From: Pyrobaculum calidifontis JCM 11548
GTDB lineage: Archaea; Thermoproteota; Thermoprotei; Thermoproteales; Thermoproteaceae
Reading direction: 5' to 3'
DNA: 32,000 bases
NCBI RefSeq assembly: GCF_000015805.1
Contig: NC_009073.1
Location: 180,001-212,000, forward strand
This document shows, piece after piece, positions 1-5,453 of the stretch. Made by a program: the position numbers and the translations under genes. Under the pieces are notes generated by a model. That model had not been told where the DNA came from, did no database searches, and worked only from the letters and a program-made list of their open reading frames with translations. Positions within the stretch are counted from its first letter, which is position 1; the number at the start of each line of letters is the position of its first letter.

Positions 1-191
1 CCGCACAGCGACGCCGTGTCCTCAATGTACTGCCACATCAGCCGTATATCGGCTTCGGCGTAGCCGCACGCGCGGCCGGGGAGGCGGCACTTTCCACTCC
101 TAAACCTTGCCAACTCGACATAGCGCCTGTACCCCTCCAGCTGGCGTTGACACTCCATTTCCCATATTCCTGGTTCACTTTTGCAAGCCAT
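1..191 (-). CDS. hypothetical protein, 5' fragment continuing past the left edge (start uncertain: ATG at 191, 158 or 38)
   Basis: The minus-strand frame is open from 251 to position 1 with no stop. It is absent from the ORF track because it has no stop in the window. From ATG 191..189 it reads MACKSEPGIWEMECQRQLEGYRRYVELARFRSGKCRLPGRACGYAEADIRLMWQYIEDTASLC, a mixed charged/hydrophobic composition. The codon-aligned plus-strand ORF (3..455) is L/S/P/A/T-rich like an antisense shadow. No family recognised. Confidence 0.3.
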   Translation of the reverse strand, partial: MACKSEPGIWEMECQRQLEGYRRYVELARFRSGKCRLPGRACGYAEADIRLMWQYIEDTASLC

Positions 192-474
192 GCCCCGTCC
201 AACACACCCCCCATGTTGAACAAACAAAGGCGCACCTCCACTCGGCGCTATCTAAGCGTCTCTGCGCTATGTGTACTTCGTCGCCACCTCAGCCACTTGC
301 TGGACAGTGCTGTGCCGGACTCCAGCCCTACGAGGTACACCCTCCGTGTGGGAAGCGCCGCGGTGCGCTACTTCCCAGCGGCTAAGGTGGCCATAATCTT
401 CGCCAAGACGCCCAGCGAGGCAGAGGCCGTAGCCGCGCTGTGTAAGCCACCATAATTCATCCAGAGTAATCCCA

Positions 475-641
475 TATATTGAATATTTTGCCTACTTGCA
501 CGCAAGTAGGGCGGTGTTGCTATGTCGTTTTTACGCGCCGTCGCCCCCTTCGCCTACTTGCATCGCAAGTAGGCAAGGCGCCTCCCCCACCAAGAAAAAC
601 GGCGACCTACTTGCAAACAAGTAGGCAACTCGTTCAATATA
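475..641. promoter_or_regulatory. array of three CCTACTTG-N4/5-CAAGTAGG palindromes flanked by inverted TATA-like elements (putative operator array / paired promoters)
   Basis: Palindromes are at 491-510, 553-573 and 606-625. The outer inverted repeat is tatattgaa (475-483) / ttcaatata (633-641), each 7 nt from the nearest palindrome. Dyad centres are 62.5 and 52.5 bp apart. Confidence 0.6.
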
Positions 642-663
642 AGGGGGTTGGGCCTGGCGGGCC

Positions 664-852
664 GTGGATCACTCGGCCGACGTGGCTAGGGCTGTGGCGG
701 CCGGCGTCTTGGGGGTGTACATTGTGTGGAGGGCGGCGTCGGTGCTCATGGGCCGGGAGCATCTGGGCGCGGCGGGGGCGAGGTGGTTGAGGAGTTTCTT
801 GCGTGGACCGTGGTCTTCGCCGCGGTTACGCAGTAGTTGCCCAGCGGCTTAG
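664..852 (+). CDS. hypothetical small protein (one hydrophobic segment)
   Basis: GTG 664 lies about 27 nt downstream of the TATA-like ttcaatata (633-641), the leaderless spacing seen elsewhere in the window. The ORF has 62 codons with the hydrophobic stretch VARAVAAGVLGVYIVWRAASVL. It is Ala/Gly/Arg-rich, so it may be a GC-driven ORF. It overlaps the next ORF by 16 nt. Confidence 0.35.
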   Translation: MDHSADVARAVAAGVLGVYIVWRAASVLMGREHLGAAGARWLRSFLRGPWSSPRLRSSCPAA

Positions 853-1208
853 GACGTGGGAAGAAGAACTTGACGGTGGCTAGTCGGGAGCCGCATGTGG
901 AGGCGGCTGAGCGTGAGCTGACTCATAGGCTGTACTCTCTGGGCATCGACGTTGAGCCCTCCGTGTTGGCCGCCTACGTGGAGAGGTACGGCGAAAAGGC
1001 TTTCAACGCCGTGGTGAGAGATGTGGCCAAGGCCCTTGCCGCCTCGTACCGTGTGCCATACGCCGCCGGCGAGGCGGAGGAGTTGATGAAGGAAGTATGT
1101 CCTAGAACAAGCGTCAGCCGCCCTCAGGGCGGCAAAGGAGGCGGCGGCCAGGGGAGAAGACGTGAGAGAAGTCTTAAGGCACATTCTACAACAATAGGCT
1201 ATACGTAA
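837..1208 (+). CDS. hypothetical protein
   Basis: A 123-codon ORF starting at TTG 837 (in-frame alternatives TTG 870, GTG 876, GTG 897). Composition is balanced (LGIDVEPSVLAAYVERYGEKAFNAVVRDVAKAL) with a Gly/Arg-rich tail. The antisense ORF 849..1265 is L/S/R/H-rich and looks like a shadow. No family recognised. Confidence 0.55.
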   Translation: MPSGLGRGKKNLTVASREPHVEAAERELTHRLYSLGIDVEPSVLAAYVERYGEKAFNAVVRDVAKALAASYRVPYAAGEAEELMKEVCPRTSVSRPQGGKGGGGQGRRRERSLKAHSTTIGYT

Positions 1209-1232
1209 GACGGCGTTTTTAAACCGTCGTCT
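1208..1232 (+). terminator. hairpin with T5 run immediately after the stop codon of 837..1208
   Basis: agacggcg (1208-1215) pairs with cgtcgtct (1225-1232), giving 8 bp including one G-U. The 9-nt loop tttttaaac contains a T5 tract, the usual archaeal termination signal. Confidence 0.35.
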
Positions 1233-1335
1233 GCTATATGGCGGCATGTGTCTGCGCTTCAGCAAGGAAGTTGGCTAAATTCTACATGGGGCTGACTGCA
1301 AAGGAAACGTCCTTGCTTCCTTGGGAAAACTCATC

Positions 1336-1408
1336 GGGGGAGGGGATGATGAGAGGGAACTCAGGGGACAGATGCCCGCCACCTGGCTCACTGACCCACC
1401 CCTCCCCC
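1336..1408 (+). ncRNA. C/D box sRNA-like element with long G/C terminal stem
   Basis: C box ATGATGA is at 1346-1352 and D box CTGA at 1391-1394, 38 nt apart. Flanking gggggagggg (1336-1345) and cccctccccc (1399-1408) are perfect reverse complements. Internal C'/D' boxes are weak; only GATG at 1371-1374 is recognisable. No equivalent boxes occur on the minus strand. Confidence 0.5.
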
Positions 1409-1845
1409 TCTTCACCTACAGACAGACGTATTAAAGTTTTCTCTGCCGACTAAACCTACGAGACCCACGGAAAGGGAGTAGGAGTCGGAACGACGCGCCT
1501 AAGCTAAGAACTCCATAGAATCTAGTTATGACAATTTCACCTCTCTTGATGCTTTCGTAGTGTCCGTGGCTGCAGGCATAGTTGTAGCACCTGGCGCAAC
1601 GTCTCACACGTCTAGCCATATCAAGCACGGGGCCTACATCGCCAGCTCCTCTCGGCACCAGTAGCGAACGTTCTACCGGCATTCCACGGGACACGTAGCG
1701 GCGACCTCACGTCGGTGAAGTATATAAGTGCAACCACGGCACGTTCTCTTATGGGCGGGGGCGAATCTGCGACAGCGGCCGTATATTTGCTAAGCGCCGG
1801 GACAGTGGGCAGGTGCAGCGCCTTTGGAGCCGCATCTGACAAGCC

Positions 1846-2508
1846 ATGTCAGTAAACCGGGCTCTTCTCGCCATCCTGATCATTTACCACGTCCTCTTCC
1901 TAGCGTTTCTGCCAGTGGGCAAGCCCCCCTACTCAGAGGCCCTGCTCGGCTACCTTGCGGCGTATCCGCTAATCTACTTGATATACCTAATTGCCGTCTC
2001 GCCGCACGGCAAGGATATAGAAGTGGGGCCCGAGGTGGCGGTGGGGTTCGCTCTCGTGTACCTACTGATCTACGCGCCCCTCCTCGCTATAGGGCGCGGG
2101 TGGGACGAGGAGCCGGGCGCGTGGGCCGAATACATCGTCAGCTTCCTCATAGCCATATTTGGGGCTCTTGTTTACGCCCTCTTAGACCCCAATGTTAAGC
2201 CCCAAGACCGCGCCCGGCTTATCCGCGCCGTCGCCCCCCTCTTGGTGCTACACGCGGTATACGCCCTCGCGGCCCTCTTCGCCGACCGCCCAGTGCTGTG
2301 GTACTTTGCCACATACCCCGCGGCGCTGGCCGCGGCTGCGGCTGGCGGCGGGAGGCTGCCCACGCTGGCCGCAACAGCCATCTACCTAGCCGCATATCTG
2401 CTAGACGCCGTGCCGCTTCTACTCCTGCTAATAGCCGTGCCAGTGGCGTGGCGCCCAGCCGCCGAGCGGGCCGATTTGCATGCGGCAGCTGAGCGGCGCC
2501 AGGGATAG
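1846..2508 (+). CDS. polytopic integral membrane protein, function unknown
   Basis: A 220-aa ORF. The in-frame stop at 1837-1839 makes ATG 1846 the first possible start. It has at least 6 long hydrophobic segments (LAILIIYHVLFLAFL, LAAYPLIYLIYLIAV, FALVYLLIYAPLLAI, IVSFLIAIFGALVYALL, LLVLHAVYALAALF, AIYLAAYLLDAVPLLLLLIAVPV). Confidence 0.75.
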   Translation: MSVNRALLAILIIYHVLFLAFLPVGKPPYSEALLGYLAAYPLIYLIYLIAVSPHGKDIEVGPEVAVGFALVYLLIYAPLLAIGRGWDEEPGAWAEYIVSFLIAIFGALVYALLDPNVKPQDRARLIRAVAPLLVLHAVYALAALFADRPVLWYFATYPAALAAAAAGGGRLPTLAATAIYLAAYLLDAVPLLLLLIAVPVAWRPAAERADLHAAAERRQG

Positions 2509-2798
2509 CTTTTAAGCCTGGGCTTAATCCTGACGTGTTGCGTTGCTTGGAGAGGCTAGGGTGGAGATACTACCTGCTGGACAGCGTCGGGGAAGACGCC
2601 CTTAGACACGCGGTGGGGGTCTAGGAAGTGGGCCGGCCTAATGCTCGACGCGGCAGAGCAACGCGCAGGCGCGCCGGGACACCTGTGGAGATGCCCCAGC
2701 CCGGGACTGCGCGAGACTTGCCGGCGTTGCGTTGTAATATACAATGTTAGATAGTGTCAGATAAGTTTTTAAAGGGGGGACACCGCAACCCCACCTCA

Positions 2799-3965
2799 AT
2801 GGCTGGCCCCCGAGCCGTTCGGTACGTGTTGCTCACCGCGGCCGTACTCCACATGATGGGGTTCAGCGCCGTTGTGCCAGTCACCTCGACCCTAGTCAAG
2901 TCTCTGGGCGGGGACTCCGTGGTACAGGGGCTTTTGGCCTCTGCGTTTACCCTCGCCCAGCTCGTCTCTGCGCCTCTGTGGGGCTGGGCGTCGGACAGGT
3001 TGGGCAGGCGGGTCATAATCGCCGTGGGCCTCGGCCTCGCGGCCATAGGCCACGCCGGCCTCTACCTCGCGAGAGACCTCCCCACAGCCTTCGTCGCCAG
3101 GGCGGTGTCCGGCCTAGGCGGAGGGACACTCCCCGTGATACAGGCGGCAGTCCTGGAGCTCAGCCGGCCGGAAGAGAGGGCCGCCTCCATGGCGCAGTTC
3201 GGCGCCGCCCTTGGCATAGGCTTCGTCGCCGGGCCGCTCCTGGGAGGAGCCCTGTCGATACTATCCCCAAGAGACCCATTCCTCGCGGCGGCCGTCCTCT
3301 CCGCCACAGCCGCGCTGTGGTCAACCGCGGTCTATGAGTCTGCTCCCACGGCCGCTCCACAGCCCAAGGCGGAGGGGAGGGGGGCGGGGGTAAACCCGCT
3401 CTACCTCGTGGTATTCTTCCTCTTAAACGCCTCCTACGCCCAGCTCGAGGCCTTCATCTCATTCTACGGGGGAGACCTCGGTCTGCGGCCCATGTACGTC
3501 GGCATCGCCATGAGCCTCGCCAGCGCCGCCGCAGTCACCGCACAGACAGTGGTAAAGAGGCTGGAGAAAGAGCGCCCAACGGACAGCGACATAGCCATAG
3601 GACTGGCAGTCATGGCCGCGGGGCTAGCCACCGCGGCAGTTCCAACCCCCTACACGTACTTCACAGGCGTGGTAGTGTCCGCCGCCGGGCAAGTAATCGC
3701 CACAGCCTTCATCTCCAAGGCAGTGGCAACAAGCGCCAACAGAGTAGGCCTAGCCTTCGGCGAAATGCAGGCAGCCGGCTCGCTGGGAAGACTCGCGGGG
3801 CCCGTAGACGAGGGCCTCTTATACAAAACCCTCGGCCCCACACCCTCCTTCCTCGAAGGAGCCGGACTAGCGGCAATGGGACTACTCCTCATCATCGGAG
3901 CCACAAGGCTAAACCTCACCCCCACCCTGCCCACCCTAAGCCAAGACAAGAGAGAAAAGGCGTAA
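2799..3965 (+). CDS. major facilitator superfamily (MFS) transporter
   Basis: Twelve-TM-like hydrophobicity and the MFS loop 2-3 motif GWASDRLGRRVIIAVG. I moved the start from GTG 2754 to ATG 2799 because tttttaaa (2766-2773) lies inside the longer ORF and sits about 29 nt upstream of ATG 2799. Confidence 0.85.
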   Translation: MAGPRAVRYVLLTAAVLHMMGFSAVVPVTSTLVKSLGGDSVVQGLLASAFTLAQLVSAPLWGWASDRLGRRVIIAVGLGLAAIGHAGLYLARDLPTAFVARAVSGLGGGTLPVIQAAVLELSRPEERAASMAQFGAALGIGFVAGPLLGGALSILSPRDPFLAAAVLSATAALWSTAVYESAPTAAPQPKAEGRGAGVNPLYLVVFFLLNASYAQLEAFISFYGGDLGLRPMYVGIAMSLASAAAVTAQTVVKRLEKERPTDSDIAIGLAVMAAGLATAAVPTPYTYFTGVVVSAAGQVIATAFISKAVATSANRVGLAFGEMQAAGSLGRLAGPVDEGLLYKTLGPTPSFLEGAGLAAMGLLLIIGATRLNLTPTLPTLSQDKREKA

Positions 3966-4270
3966 CCGCCCGCGGGTCGGCAGGGTGCGCCAAGCCCCAC
4001 ACCTTACACACCCCATGCCACGTCGGTCCCCCTGGCGTCGACAAAGACATGCGGCAGTTGCCAGTGCGAAGCTCGGCCTAGCCTACGCGCCGCACCGCCT
4101 ATGTACTGACGTTAACCTTTTCGCTTTAGGGCTAAACCGCCGCGTGTCCGCCCACGTCGCCGCCTCACAAACAATCTTCATCGAAACGTGAGACCTTTGC
4201 CGGCAGTCGTCTCTACTTAGCCGCCTTCAATAGCCCGCCCCCAGAGCTGCCGCGAGTCTCGCAGATAATG

Positions 4271-4278
4271 TTTTTAAA
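4271..4278 (+). promoter_or_regulatory. TATA box of the tRNA gene
   Basis: tttttaaa is centred about 25 nt upstream of tRNA position 1 (4299). Confidence 0.5.
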
Positions 4279-4298
4279 CGTGGGAGATAGTTAGAACT

Positions 4299-4410
4299 GC
4301 GGCGGTAGCTCAGCCTGGTTGGAGCGCCCTGGGGCCACGCCCCGCGCAAGGCTCATAAAGGGGCAACCCATGCACCCGGGAGGACCCGGGTTCAAATCCC
4401 GGCCGCCGCA
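4299..4410 (+). tRNA. tRNA with anticodon CAU (elongator Met or Ile2-type), two predicted introns
   Basis: Perfect stems: acceptor gcggcgg/ccgccgc, D stem gctc/gagc, T arm ccggg-ttcaaat-cccgg. Removing 4330-4349 (20 nt) and 4359-4375 (17 nt) gives the anticodon arm cccgg-ctcataa-ccggg and a 75-nt cloverleaf with discriminator A. G1:C72 and the anticodon stem argue against an initiator. Confidence 0.88.
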
Positions 4411-4430
4411 TGCTCCCGTTTTACCACTTC

Positions 4431-5168
4431 CTAGCTAACTACAATTTCAAAGCCAGCATTGCCAGGCGGCGGTGGTGACTGGTCTGTAGCTTGTTTCTGC
4501 GGTTGCTTAAGGCCGAAGGCGCCTATTAGAGAAAAGATGTACCCAACCATTATTATAAAATAGCCGACGAATATGACAGAAATCCACGCCCCTATCCATA
4601 TCAACTTAGCCGCCGTATTAAAGGCGCCCACTCCCCCCACCTCACCCAGCCTCCTAAAAGCCCGCCTCAGGAAGTATGACGATACGACGAGAAAGGGCCA
4701 CGACAAAATCAAAAATCCGAGGTAGAGGAGGAGGGGATCCGTCGCAAGTCCCAGCGCCACAGCTATGTCTAATACGCCCTTTTTCTCCAACTCCCTCACC
4801 TCAGCAAATTCCTTGAGAAAGTCGGCGTATATCACATACATGTATATTAATGAGACAATGAAAGAGTAAAGCGAGTTCTTAAAAATATCTCTACTCCTAT
4901 ACCACTCAGCCAAGTAATACACTCCGGCCAACCACACGGCATTAGACAAGAGAAACGTGGCTCCATAGTCATATTCAAACGTAAAATTGCCAATAACGCC
5001 GGCTATGAGACCTGCTATAAAGAGCCACTTTGCATGCTCAAATTTCATACCCACAGACTCCACGGCATCTACAAACGCCAACAATATATCTATTCCGGTA
5101 ATGTCGCCGAGTACAACTGACACAGTAGAACCCCAGCGTACTAAATCGCGAGAAACTGTTATTGACAC
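4431..5168 (-). CDS. polytopic membrane protein (DUF996-like pattern), AT-rich
   Basis: A 245-aa ORF with GTG start and about 6 hydrophobic segments. The duplicated pattern LAGVYYLAEWYRSRDIFKNSLYSFIV and FNTAAKLIWIGAWISVIFVGYFIIMVGYIFSLIGAF resembles archaeal DUF996 membrane proteins from memory (not verified). The C-terminal tail is Pro/Gln-rich. A hand-counted line (4861-4920) is 35% GC. Confidence 0.7.
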   Translation of the reverse strand: MSITVSRDLVRWGSTVSVVLGDITGIDILLAFVDAVESVGMKFEHAKWLFIAGLIAGVIGNFTFEYDYGATFLLSNAVWLAGVYYLAEWYRSRDIFKNSLYSFIVSLIYMYVIYADFLKEFAEVRELEKKGVLDIAVALGLATDPLLLYLGFLILSWPFLVVSSYFLRRAFRRLGEVGGVGAFNTAAKLIWIGAWISVIFVGYFIIMVGYIFSLIGAFGLKQPQKQATDQSPPPPGNAGFEIVVS

Positions 5169-5453
5169 TTAAATGAGCCAGCGCGAGATTCCTTTCTCGC
5201 CTATTGGTGTTCCACGACGTAATCTAATGCCTGTCTAAGGGAGACTTCAAGACCCCCGACTAGGCGCGATGAGCGTTTCTTCGCCGTCATCCTCAATCCC
5301 ATCCAGCACCGCGCCCCGGCCTTTCAACGTGCACCAAGCCCACGCCAGGCCCTCCACGGCATCGTTACCAGAGTGCTGAAAGCCACGTCAGCAAGGTTCT
5401 AGGCTAAGGGCGACCGTGGCCTAGACTAGACAAGAGCCGGGAGGTTTTATACC

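Noticed and set aside
475-641. Replication origin (ORB-like elements) as the explanation for the three palindromes.
   Set aside because: This is not excluded, only disfavoured. There is no adjacent orc1/cdc6 gene, no extended AT-rich unwinding region, and the dyads lack the asymmetric G-string typical of ORB elements. It is kept as an alternative in the finding.
1238-1453. 71-codon plus-strand ORF.
   Set aside because: The translation is poor (Gly/Ser/Pro-rich), and the region is better explained by the C/D-box-like element with its 10-bp stem.
1440-1560. SRP-RNA or RNase P-like motifs (ggagtcggaacgacgcgcc; cacggaaaggg).
   Set aside because: The resemblance to the SRP helix 8 GGAA tetraloop region or to RNase P CR-I is superficial. 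The closing base pairs and flanking conserved nucleotides do not match, and I cannot build the surrounding helices.
2754-2798. Upstream GTG start of the MFS transporter.
   Set aside because: The 15-codon extension contains the gene's own TATA box (2766-2773). ATG 2799 fits the leaderless spacing.
4411-4431. Integrated virus or plasmid at the tRNA 3' end (att site, split integrase).
   Set aside because: I saw no integrase-like ORF and no Int(N)/Int(C) fragments. No second copy of the tRNA 3' half (ccgggttcaaatcccggccgccgc) appears anywhere in the window. The island idea is retained only on compositional grounds.
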